NCBI GenBank assembly: GCA_003644385.1
Contig: QNCD01000001.1
Span: 598-64,597, forward strand
DNA length: 64,000 bases
Origin: Candidatus Omnitrophota bacterium
Lineage (GTDB): Bacteria > Omnitrophota > Gorgyraeia > Gygaellales > Profunditerraquicolaceae
Reading direction: 5' to 3'
Shown here: piece by piece, positions 27,489 through 37,018 of the stretch
How the letters are laid out: each line of letters opens with the position of its first letter
Numbering within the stretch: the first letter of the stretch is position 1
Translations under genes and position numbers: made by a program
The notes under the pieces: model-generated
Databases searched by the model: none
What the model was told of the DNA's origin: nothing
What the model saw: only the letters and a program-made list of their open reading frames with translations

Positions 27489-29729
27489 TTAACTTTTTAA
27501 CTTCTTTTCTATTGCACCGTGCCAAGCTTTATAGAGTTTTTCGACGGACAGCTTAATCGATTTGTTAATTATCAGATTTTTGCCTCTTACTGTCCCAATA
27601 ACCGCAACCGGTGCTTTATTTTTTCCGGCAATAGCGAGAATCTTTTTTACATTTTTAGGCTTTGCGCTTAAAATAATACGCGATTGCGATTCGCTAAACA
27701 AAAGCGCGTCCTTTCTCAGCCTACTCTGCGATACATCAACTATCGCGCCCAGCCTTTTCTTAGGGTTGCTGATACAACACTCAGCTAATGCTACTGCCAA
27801 GCCTCCCTCAGAACAATCATGCGCAGATTGAATTAAACCTTTTTCTATTGCTTCTAAAGTAACTAGTTGTGCTTTTTTCTCTAAATTCATGTCGATATTC
27901 GGCGCCCTGCCTTTCTTTAAGCCGTGTACGGTTTTTAAATAAGCGCTGCCGCCGAGTTCTGCCTTAGTTCTTCCTAAAAGTAGAATTACGTCCCCTGCTG
28001 CTTTAAAATACTGGGTGGTAATATTTTTTCTGTCCTTTATCAAACCCACCATCCCGATAATAGGCGTAGGGTCAACTGAACCCTTGGGATTTTCGTTGTT
28101 AAAACTGACGTTGCCACTTACTACCGGCGTATTTAACGCACGGCAGGCCTTGGAGATTCCTAAGGCTGCCTGCCTAAATTGCCAGAAGACCTCGGGATTT
28201 TTGGGATTACCGAAGTTTATTCCGTCGGTAATCGCCAGGGGCTTAGCGCCCGAACAAACTAAATTCCTGGCTGCTTCACTAACAGCAATGGCACCTCCTT
28301 TAAAAGGATCTAAAAACAAATAAGCAGAATTGCAATCGGTGGTAACTGCCACCGCCTTTTTTGTCCCGGAAACTGCAATCACCCCGGCATCAGAACCCGG
28401 ACCTAAAAGTATATTCTTAGCCACTTTAGGATCTGCGTGTTTAAATACCCATGCCTTGCTAGCAATGGAAGGATTACTCAATAACGCCAGGAGGCTTGTG
28501 TTTAAATTACCGGGTTCTTTAACACTGAGCGGATTGAACTTATTTACTTTAGATAGATACTTTGGCCGTCTGGTTTTACGGTAATAAACCGGAGCCTTTA
28601 CTAACGCAGAAGCCGGAACTTCAGCTACAACTTCCCCGTATTCTTTCACCCGCACCATACCATCGTTACTTACCCGGCCGATAACATCAACCGGGACTTT
28701 CCACTTTCTAAAAACAGCTTTAACCTTATCCAGTTTATTCTTATCAACAATTACCAGCATTCTCTCTTGTGATTCAGAAAGCATTACCTCATAAGCATTC
28801 ATGCCTTCTTCTCTTCGTGGAACTAAAGAGATGTCAATCTCGATTCCTGTTGACGCTTTATGCGAAGTCTCGCAAATGGAACAAGTCAAGCCAGCAGCTC
28901 CCATATCCTGCATCCCTAAAACCAGCTTTTTCTGCATCAACTCAAGGCAGGCCTCGCGTAAAATTTTGCCCATATGTGGGTCACCGATTGCTACCGCCGA
29001 ACTCTTTTTAGCTGAATCTTCGTCTAATCCCGAAGAAGCAAATGCTGCGCCCTCGACTCCGTCTCTTCCGGTTCCTCCACCGACAATCAGCACTAAATTT
29101 CCCACGCCTGTTGCCCTGGCTTTCACTATATCTTTTCTTTTAACTATCCCTACGGTCATGGCATTAACTAAAGGGTTGCCTTCAAAAGACTCATCAAAGT
29201 ATATTTCCCCGCCCGCTACCGGGATCTCGGCAACATTGGCGTAGTCGGTGAAACCCTTGATTATATTTTTAAATAAAAATTTTACCCGCTCTGTTTTTAG
29301 AGTTCCTAAGCGCAGGGAATCTAAAAGCGCAACCGGCCTTGCACCCATAGTAAAAATATCGCGCACGCATCCACCACCGCCGGTAGCTGAAGCAGCGTAA
29401 GGTTCGACTGCCGAAGGATGATTGTGCGATTCGATTTTAAAAACTACTCCCAGGCCGCTTCCGATATCAACAATACCTGCATTTTCTCCCGGCCCCTGGA
29501 TAACCTGTTTACCTTTGGTAGGGAAAAGTTTTAAAACCGGTCTGGAATTCTTATAGGAACAGTGCTCGCTCCACATCGCCGAAAACATGCCTAATTCGGT
29601 ATAATTGGGCTCTCTGCCTAAGCATTTTTTAATCTCCGCGTATTCTTCCATATTTAAACCTGTTTTTTCTACTACCTCTTGAGTAATCAATACATCAGAA
29701 GACATCTGGAAACTCCTTTCTAAAAACAA
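27489..29729 (-). CDS. purL: Phosphoribosylformylglycinamidine synthase subunit II (large)
   Basis: 746 aa with duplicated AIRS-like domains, conserved over the full length. Confidence 0.9.
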   Translation of the reverse strand: MFLERSFQMSSDVLITQEVVEKTGLNMEEYAEIKKCLGREPNYTELGMFSAMWSEHCSYKNSRPVLKLFPTKGKQVIQGPGENAGIVDIGSGLGVVFKIESHNHPSAVEPYAASATGGGGCVRDIFTMGARPVALLDSLRLGTLKTERVKFLFKNIIKGFTDYANVAEIPVAGGEIYFDESFEGNPLVNAMTVGIVKRKDIVKARATGVGNLVLIVGGGTGRDGVEGAAFASSGLDEDSAKKSSAVAIGDPHMGKILREACLELMQKKLVLGMQDMGAAGLTCSICETSHKASTGIEIDISLVPRREEGMNAYEVMLSESQERMLVIVDKNKLDKVKAVFRKWKVPVDVIGRVSNDGMVRVKEYGEVVAEVPASALVKAPVYYRKTRRPKYLSKVNKFNPLSVKEPGNLNTSLLALLSNPSIASKAWVFKHADPKVAKNILLGPGSDAGVIAVSGTKKAVAVTTDCNSAYLFLDPFKGGAIAVSEAARNLVCSGAKPLAITDGINFGNPKNPEVFWQFRQAALGISKACRALNTPVVSGNVSFNNENPKGSVDPTPIIGMVGLIKDRKNITTQYFKAAGDVILLLGRTKAELGGSAYLKTVHGLKKGRAPNIDMNLEKKAQLVTLEAIEKGLIQSAHDCSEGGLAVALAECCISNPKKRLGAIVDVSQSRLRKDALLFSESQSRIILSAKPKNVKKILAIAGKNKAPVAVIGTVRGKNLIINKSIKLSVEKLYKAWHGAIEKKLKS

Positions 29730-29938
29730 AGTTTAAATTTTACATAATTATTCTTTTCCGGATACCGGCGCCATCGACGAAATCCAAAAATTCTTTTCTG
29801 CTGCGTTGCAGAAACTAAAAGTTTTTAAAAATACCTAATGAATCATCTTAACGTCTGTGTATAAGAGGTTTAAGGTGGGATTAATATATACGCTTATTCT
29901 CAAAATATCAGAAAACTATCAAAAGGGATAACTTTTGT

Positions 29939-31237
29939 TTAACGGGATAAGCCGAGCCTGCTAAAAATTTTGTTTACGTGGCGTAGGTAATAGTCCAAAT
30001 CAAAAATCCTGTCTAATTCTTTTGGAGAAAGGCATCGGCAAAGTTGGTTATTTCTTAAAAGTAATTCTTTAAATTCGCGGTTCTCCCTCCAGGCCCGCAT
30101 CGCGTTTCTTTGCACTAAATCGTAGGCTTTCTGGCGGGTGAGGCCTTTTTTCATCAGCTTCAAAAGCAGTCTTTGCGAAAAAATCAGGCCTTTTGTTTTA
30201 ACTAAATTTGCCAGCATGTTATCAGGATATACGATTAACCCTTCAATAACCTCAATAAATTTATTCAGCATATAATCCAGGGCAAGTGTAGAATCCGGCA
30301 TGATTATCCGCTCAACCGAAGAGTGAGATATATCGCGTTCATGCCAGAGGGTAATGTTTTCTACTGCTGCCAAAGCATTTCCTCTTAAAACCCGGGCTAA
30401 CCCGCAGATCCTTTCGCAGATAACCGGATTACGCTTATGCGGCATAGCAGATGAACCCTTCTGGCTTTTGGCAAAAGGTTCTTCTGCCTCTAAAACCTCG
30501 GTCTTCTGTAAATGCCTGATTTCAGTGGCGAATTTTTCCAGGCTGGCACCGATTATAGCTAATGTGGCCATATATTGTGCATATACATCTCGTTGTATAA
30601 CCTGGGTAGAAATTCTAGCTGCCCTAAGCCCAAGCTTATCGCAGACGTACCTCTCCACTCTCGGGTTTATATTAGCATACGTACCTACTGCCCCGGAAAT
30701 CTTACCTATGCGGACCCCTTCTTTTGCCTGAAGAAGGCGGTTGAGGTTTCTTTTTGTTTCATCATACATCAAAGCAAGTTTTAATCCAAATGTGGTGGGT
30801 TCGGCGTGCACGCCATGGGTACGCCCAATGCAAACCATCTCTTTATATTTCTTGGATTTTCTAGCCAGTAAATTAATCAGCTTATTTAAATCCCCGATTA
30901 ATATTTCGCTTGCTGCTTTTAATTGCACCCCAAGCGTGGTATCCAGGAGATCCGAAGAAGTCAGGCCGATATGCAGGTATTTTGCGTCTGCCCCAATATA
31001 TTGTGCTACATTATTTACAAAAGACACCACATCATGTTGAGTTTTTTCTTCGATCTTTTTAATCTTATTTAGATTAAACTTTGCCTTTTTTTTAATTCGT
31101 ATTAAGATTTCCCTGGGGACCTCTTTTTCTTTTACCAGGGCTTCTAAGGCAAGTATTTCTATATCCAGCATGGTCTTAAACTTAAATTCCTCCTGCCAGA
31201 TATAGGACATTTTGGGTAGGCTGTAACGTTCAATCAT
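29939..31237 (-). CDS. purB: Adenylosuccinate lyase
   Basis: Lyase_1 fold with the signature GSSAMPHKRNP. Confidence 0.9.
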   Translation of the reverse strand: MIERYSLPKMSYIWQEEFKFKTMLDIEILALEALVKEKEVPREILIRIKKKAKFNLNKIKKIEEKTQHDVVSFVNNVAQYIGADAKYLHIGLTSSDLLDTTLGVQLKAASEILIGDLNKLINLLARKSKKYKEMVCIGRTHGVHAEPTTFGLKLALMYDETKRNLNRLLQAKEGVRIGKISGAVGTYANINPRVERYVCDKLGLRAARISTQVIQRDVYAQYMATLAIIGASLEKFATEIRHLQKTEVLEAEEPFAKSQKGSSAMPHKRNPVICERICGLARVLRGNALAAVENITLWHERDISHSSVERIIMPDSTLALDYMLNKFIEVIEGLIVYPDNMLANLVKTKGLIFSQRLLLKLMKKGLTRQKAYDLVQRNAMRAWRENREFKELLLRNNQLCRCLSPKELDRIFDLDYYLRHVNKIFSRLGLSR

Positions 31238-31411
31238 GCGTTCTCCTTAAAAAATTGCGGGGAGTCTTTATTATAACAAAAAATCTTGCTTTAGCAACCA
31301 AAAAATTAAGCCTGGAGAGCACCTGAATCATTTATAAAATATCCAAAAAGGGGGTTATACTATGGGGAATTTCGGGCAGGAAAATCGATTGATAAATAGC
31401 AAGCAAAATCA

Positions 31412-31798
31412 TCAACCTATAACAGCCTTTATCTCTTTTAAAAGCCTTTGTTTGGTCACCGGCTTCTGGATAAATTTGGCGCCGTTGATTGCCTTAAGAT
31501 TCCATAAATTATCCGGATTTAGAACGCTGACCACTATTATAGGCATATTGCGTGTTTCTTTAATTGACCTGACATAGACAAATAAAGAGTCGCCGGGGAC
31601 CGGTTCCATAATTATATCTAAAATCAAAAGGTCAAAAGTACCCTCTGCCAGGCGCTTTGTTGCTTCCTCAACCGAACCGACAATTTCAATTTTATACTTC
31701 TTTGCCTGGTCGCGAAAATAAATTTTATAGATATCCTGCATCTTTTTATCATCTTCGACGATTAAAATTTGTTTTACTCTTTTTTCTACTATAACCAT
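31412..31798 (-). CDS. Single-domain CheY-like response regulator
   Basis: ILIVEDD...LLILDIIMEP...K receiver residues; 128 aa; directly downstream of the sensor kinase. Confidence 0.8.
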   Translation of the reverse strand: MVIVEKRVKQILIVEDDKKMQDIYKIYFRDQAKKYKIEIVGSVEEATKRLAEGTFDLLILDIIMEPVPGDSLFVYVRSIKETRNMPIIVVSVLNPDNLWNLKAINGAKFIQKPVTKQRLLKEIKAVIG

Positions 31799-31826
31799 AT
31801 ACGCCTCCTGAGGATATGAGCACTTA

Positions 31827-34808
31827 TTATTTCAAAGGCAATTCTACGACCACGCTAGCGCCCTGGTCCTGGCCTCTAGAAAATAGTTTAATACTTCCTT
31901 TGTAACTATCAACGATTTCTTTACATATGGCTAACCCCACCCCTTCTCCTGCTATTGCCGGATGTTGTTTATAAAATTTAGTGAACAACTTATCCTTATC
32001 AATAGGACTAAATCCATAACCAGTATCTTTTACTGTTATACGTACTCGGTCCTGAATTCTGCGGCTGCTGATATATATACGGCCGTTTTCCGTAAATTTA
32101 ACTGCGTTCTCTATAAGGTTGCCTAAAAGAAAGCTTAAATCTCTTACAGCCATAATAACCTTATCAGCCCCTTTGCCGATATCTACCCTTATTATATTTT
32201 TTCTCGATTGAGTTAAATCGGCCAAATTAAGAACTATTTTCTTTACTACCTTCTCTAACGAAATCTTTCTTTTTCCTCTTTTCGTTAATTTTCTTAATTC
32301 CAGGGAAAAAACATCCATAATATTTTTGGTATCTTTTCCTAACTTATCCAGGCTGGTCTTGCCTATGGCGTATGCCTTCTTTATTAAATCCATATTATTT
32401 TCTGCTATTCCTTCCTGTAAAATCTGGTAAGACATCTGCGATAATGCCAGCGGCGTATTTAAACCATGTGAAATATTACGGATTAAATTTGCCTTTGCCT
32501 GTTCCAAGTGTTTAATTTCGCTAATATCCTCCAATATTCCGTCTATCCATTTGATTTGACCTTTTTTGTCGCGCTGTACCGAAGCTGAAATAGATACCCA
32601 GACTGGGCTGCCGTCTTTTTTTCGCAATTCTATCTCTAAATTCCTCACCGAACTTTTCTTAGCTATTTCTTCGACTACCTTCTTTCTTTGTTTAGGATCC
32701 GGATAAAGGTCAATAACCCGAACCCCCATAAATTCCTGAAGCGAATCATAACCGAAAATCTTGGCTATTGCCGAGTTTGCCTGCAGGAAACGCCCTTTAG
32801 TGCCGGGAGTATTCCTGTATATCCCGACTTTTATATTATTTACCACTGAACGGTATTTTTCTTCGCTTTGCCTTATGATTTCTTCAGCTTTTTTGCGTTC
32901 GGTAATATCTTCGGCAAAACCGGCTACGCGGAAAATCTGGCCTTTTTTATTCCTGATGGGATAGACACGCGCTGCCACCCAATGCAAAGAACCATCCGGA
33001 TGCACAACGCGAAAATCCGGAAAATTCTGTTCGGAAAAGTCTCCTTTTGCTAACCTATCTACACAGGCAATCAATTTTGGCCGATCTTCCTTTACTACTG
33101 CTTTTATCCATGCTTGAGGGTCTTTAAACATGGTCTGCCTGGAGCAGCCCCAGATTTTTTCATAAGCAGGGCTAAGATACAGCGGCTTTTTGTTTACTCC
33201 TTCACTTATCCAAAATGACTCCTTGATATTCTCAGCGACCTGTCTTAAACGCAATTCACTTTCCTTAAACGCTTCCTCTACCTGCTTACGCTGGGTAATA
33301 TCAAAAACTATTCCGTTAAAAACAACCCCGCCTCCCGGGAATTTACGGGGGGTAGAAGTAGCATACACCCATTTCAATTGCCCTGCTTTAGTCATTATCC
33401 TGAATTCTGCCTCGTATGGTTTAAGGGTTTTAAGTGATTTAATTATTAAATTATTCAATCCTATTTTATCTTCAGAAAGGATATTCTTAAAAGCCAGAGA
33501 ATGGTCTTTATAGAGCATTTGCGGGCGATTACCAAAAATCTTATAAGCATTATCGCTTACAAATAAGAATACGTGCTCACCGGTTTCTTTGACTAAAGTT
33601 TGATAAACCACTCCCGGGATCTTTGAAACTATCTCTTTAAATTTTTCTTCACTTGCTTTAAGCGCTAGCTCTGCCTCCTTACGCCTGGTAATATCTAAAT
33701 GCGTAGAAATACTATAAAGAGGCTTTCCGCCTAGTCCGTAAATAGTATTGACATTTAATAAAACATCGAGTATTTTCCCCTGTTTGGTAATGACCTGCAG
33801 CTCTTCATCCTTAATTTTATGTTTTTTCTTCCAAAGCCTGAAAAGCCTCTTTGCCTTTTTCTGTGAGGAGGAAGCATAAATAGTAATAAAAGATTTTCCT
33901 GCTAATTGCGATTTATCTTTATAGCCGAGAGTTTTAACAGCTAACTTATTGCAATCGATAATCTTACCGTCAAAAGAAATATTGTAAGCGCAGATTGGCA
34001 GATTCTCAAAATATTCCCTGAGCCTCAGCCGCTCTAACTTTAAAGCCTTTTCAATCTTCTTGCGTTCAGTAATATTTGTAACCCTGCCCTGGAATCCGAT
34101 AATTTTACCCTCCTCGCTGATTATCGGGCTGGCTACTGTTTCGCAATCTATAAGATGCCTGTCTTTATGGATATACTGCACCTCAACCTGGGCCTGGCGT
34201 ATTTTTCCCTTACGCGCTTCATAGAAAAGACCCCTAGCTGCTTTTTTTAATATCTTTATACTTGCTGGCGTAGCTATTTTATTTACGTTTACCCCCTCTA
34301 TCTCTTCTCTCTTATAACCCAATAGCCTAAATACAGCCTCATTAATAAATGTAATATTAAAATTAAGGTCAACGGTATATATAACATCTAAGGTGTTGGC
34401 TGCTAAAAGCCTGTATTTCTTTTCATTATCCCTCAAAAGCCTTTCTGTTTTTTTACGCTCGGTTATATCTGTACCTATAATTGCCAACCCATCTCCTACC
34501 CTAAAAGCCCGCAAAAAAGCGTGCCTTTCTCCGACCTCAGGACACAACACAGCGTTATCGATAATAAAAGGTTTGCCTGTTTTTAAAACCTGTTTATATC
34601 GTCTATATCTATATCGCACCTCTTTACTACCGGGACTGATAGATAATTCTAAAATGTGTTTTCCCAATGCAGATTGCTTGCGTAAATTCCATTGTTTCAA
34701 CGCAGCCCGGTTAATACCGATTAATTTCAAATTACGGTCAAAGAGAAGAAACCCGTCAGTTATTGAATTCATAAACTCGATTAACTTCTGGGGGTTTATA
34801 TCTTCCAT
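31827..34808 (-). CDS. Multi-PAS sensor histidine kinase
   Basis: About 7 PAS/PAC repeats (recurrent ...TDITERKK... linkers), then an H-box SHGLNTPL and an HATPase_c G-box (GVGLAICKEIV). Confidence 0.8.
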   Translation of the reverse strand: MEDINPQKLIEFMNSITDGFLLFDRNLKLIGINRAALKQWNLRKQSALGKHILELSISPGSKEVRYRYRRYKQVLKTGKPFIIDNAVLCPEVGERHAFLRAFRVGDGLAIIGTDITERKKTERLLRDNEKKYRLLAANTLDVIYTVDLNFNITFINEAVFRLLGYKREEIEGVNVNKIATPASIKILKKAARGLFYEARKGKIRQAQVEVQYIHKDRHLIDCETVASPIISEEGKIIGFQGRVTNITERKKIEKALKLERLRLREYFENLPICAYNISFDGKIIDCNKLAVKTLGYKDKSQLAGKSFITIYASSSQKKAKRLFRLWKKKHKIKDEELQVITKQGKILDVLLNVNTIYGLGGKPLYSISTHLDITRRKEAELALKASEEKFKEIVSKIPGVVYQTLVKETGEHVFLFVSDNAYKIFGNRPQMLYKDHSLAFKNILSEDKIGLNNLIIKSLKTLKPYEAEFRIMTKAGQLKWVYATSTPRKFPGGGVVFNGIVFDITQRKQVEEAFKESELRLRQVAENIKESFWISEGVNKKPLYLSPAYEKIWGCSRQTMFKDPQAWIKAVVKEDRPKLIACVDRLAKGDFSEQNFPDFRVVHPDGSLHWVAARVYPIRNKKGQIFRVAGFAEDITERKKAEEIIRQSEEKYRSVVNNIKVGIYRNTPGTKGRFLQANSAIAKIFGYDSLQEFMGVRVIDLYPDPKQRKKVVEEIAKKSSVRNLEIELRKKDGSPVWVSISASVQRDKKGQIKWIDGILEDISEIKHLEQAKANLIRNISHGLNTPLALSQMSYQILQEGIAENNMDLIKKAYAIGKTSLDKLGKDTKNIMDVFSLELRKLTKRGKRKISLEKVVKKIVLNLADLTQSRKNIIRVDIGKGADKVIMAVRDLSFLLGNLIENAVKFTENGRIYISSRRIQDRVRITVKDTGYGFSPIDKDKLFTKFYKQHPAIAGEGVGLAICKEIVDSYKGSIKLFSRGQDQGASVVVELPLK

Positions 34809-35033
34809 TTTTTTACTGGTAAAAAACTAATTAAATTATTATTCTTTTTTAAAGAAAAGTTGCGTTTTTTTGTATAAACAGGAGGAAGAAAAGAGACTAG
34901 TCTTAAATGAAAACTTTGGTAAATATTTATTTTAATACTAAAGAACAGGAAGTCAATAGAAATTACACATCCTAAGTGTGTAATTATCCAGGTTGTGCCT
35001 TAAGGTAATCTTAACCCTTTGCCGCGGAAGATC

Positions 35034-35501
35034 TTAGCAAGATTTTCCAGTGAAAGGATAAAAATTTTCGGGGAGAGATCTGACCTCTTGTAAATATTCC
35101 TCTTCTGTTTCAAGGCCGATATGCTCCCATTCAATCAGATTATCTTCTCTATCAAAAAAAAGATATATTTTTTCACCGCCCATCCAACCCTCCCCAGCCG
35201 CCTTATATACCCATTTTTCTTTTTCTTCTTCAGAAATAATCAAAGAGGGCTCACCGATATCTCTTAAAATATCCTCTTTAGAAAATCCGGTTTCTACTTC
35301 GTTTGCGGAAATGAAATTTTTAGCCTTTTCAAAATTTATAGTCTCCTGCCTCACTGCCTGCTCTTTTAACTTTTCATTTTTTGCCAGATTAGTTAATAAA
35401 GATAAAATGCGTGCCTTTGCGCAGCCAATTAAAGAAAGTATCAGAATAGGCAAAATGAAGTATTTTAATCTTGCGAAAATAATAAATTTTGTTTTATTCA
35501 T
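35034..35501 (-). CDS. Lipoprotein, possibly BamE/SmpA-OmlA-like
   Basis: Lipobox LIGC; the C-terminal KEDILRDIGEPS...WVYK...IYLFFDREDNLIEW resembles the BamE fold consensus. Confidence 0.4.
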   Translation of the reverse strand: MNKTKFIIFARLKYFILPILILSLIGCAKARILSLLTNLAKNEKLKEQAVRQETINFEKAKNFISANEVETGFSKEDILRDIGEPSLIISEEEKEKWVYKAAGEGWMGGEKIYLFFDREDNLIEWEHIGLETEEEYLQEVRSLPENFYPFTGKSC

Positions 35502-35566
35502 TTTGGCCTTGTCTTAACTTATTTATTATCAAGATGTTTAGCAATAGGGAAACGTCCCCATTGACT

Positions 35567-36318
35567 TTATAATATATGCATGCTTAGGGCGATTATTAAC
35601 ATTCCGGTTATAATTCCTAAAATCGACAAATGATATCCTCCGCCTTCGTAGGATAAAGGCAGGAGTTCATCAAAACTGATAAAAACCATCACGCCGGCAA
35701 CAGCAGCTAAGGTATAAGAAATAAACAAGCTATTTAGGAATGGCGTCAATAGCAATAAAGCTATAATTGCCCCAAGAGGTTCGGCGGATCCGGATAGAAA
35801 AGAATACCAAAAAGCCTTTTTTCTGCTTTTGCTGGCATAATAGATCGGTATTGCAACCGCAATCCTTTCAGGGATATTATGCAGCGCGATAGCAAAAGCT
35901 AAAGAAATACCTAGCTTTATATCTACCATTGAACTTATAAAAACTGCTATGCCTTCAGGAAAATTATGTATAGCCAGGCCTAGGGGCAGTATAAATTCCT
36001 GCTTTCATAATCCTGGAGTCGCAATCTTCTTTCTTGATATGCTCTTCTATATATTCGTGGGGAATAATAAAATCAAGAAGGCCGAGCAAAATAATTCCCC
36101 CAAAGAAAGCAATAACCGCCCTCAGGAAGCCGATCTCAGTTATAGCTGAAGGCAAAATATCCATGAAAGAAATAGAAATCATCACGCCGGCAGATAAACC
36201 CAAAGAAAACTGAAGATAAGTTTTTTTAAGATTCTTAACAAAAAAAAGCAAAGAAGCTGCCGACGTGGGTAAAAATACCCGCCAAAAAAGCCAGTAACAA
36301 AGGCAACCATATCTTCAT
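35567..36318 (-). pseudogene. zupT: ZIP-family zinc transporter ZupT, disrupted by two frameshifts
   Basis: Three consecutive frames encode, in order, MKIWLPLLLAFLAGIFTHVGSFFAFF, then VKNLKKTYLQFSLGLSAGVMISISFMD...PHEY, then LGLAIHNFPEGIAVF...ALHNIPERIAV, which aligns to ZupT. The first shift sits in an A8 tract (36240-36247); one fewer A restores the frame. The second lies near 36010-36020. Confidence 0.6.
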
Positions 36319-36470
36319 ACTTGGGGACGTTTCTATCATCTCTAACTCATTATAATAAAAAGAGTTATAACCGCCTCGGAATTATAACATTTTAACAAAT
36401 TTCACCACCTAAGCAATCGTAACTCTTTGTCATTCGGAGAGTAATTAAAACGAAGGGATCCTCTCTATAA

Positions 36471-36914
36471 TTATTGAACAGTCGATAAGCCTACGCAGGT
36501 ATCGTGAGAAGCAATTTCTCCACCCCCAAAAAGAGCTCTTATTACACCATCTTCGGTAATGCAAAAAGATTGTGAGCCATGATTAGCGCTTTTCGGTTCT
36601 GCAGAAATACAAAAACTGGAATCTGTGGCTTCCCTGATATAAAAATTATAGCCGGATTTACTTCCGCTGGCTAAAGTGCCGTCGATATATGGCGGCTGGG
36701 CTTCCGGTAAGCTTAAATTCGCAAGGTTTCCGTAGGTATAATTGGCGGTATTATAACAAATTTCTGCAGAGGCGATAATTTTCAATGACGCCTGGGCCGA
36801 GGTTTCATTAGCTTGCATGCGCGCTCTGAGTAAATTAGGTATAGCCAATGCCGCTAATAAAGCGACTACAGCAACCACAATCATCATTTCTACAAGAGTA
36901 AAACCTTTTTTCAT
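36471..36914 (-). CDS. Type IV pilin / pseudopilin (prepilin-type N-terminal methylation domain)
   Basis: MKKGFTLVEMMIVVAVVALLAALAIP, the class III signal peptide motif G-F-T-L-x-E. Confidence 0.75.
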   Translation of the reverse strand: MKKGFTLVEMMIVVAVVALLAALAIPNLLRARMQANETSAQASLKIIASAEICYNTANYTYGNLANLSLPEAQPPYIDGTLASGSKSGYNFYIREATDSSFCISAEPKSANHGSQSFCITEDGVIRALFGGGEIASHDTCVGLSTVQ

Positions 36915-37018
36915 CCTGTTTAGCCTTCCTCCATTTATATTTATTATAAATCAAACCTTGGCTTTTTCAACATATATAATCTTGAGGCGGATCCTTAAGT
37001 AAGAATCTCAGGCAGAAT

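Noticed and set aside
29730-29938. Possible riboswitch or attenuator in the purB-purL spacer
   Set aside because: Only short hairpins (6-bp stems) and no conserved riboswitch boxes. It is most simply an intra-operon spacer.
36330-36400. Possible Zur box upstream of zupT (gttataac / aattataacatt)
   Set aside because: Only a partial half-site resemblance to the Zur palindrome, and the downstream gene is a pseudogene, so not worth asserting.
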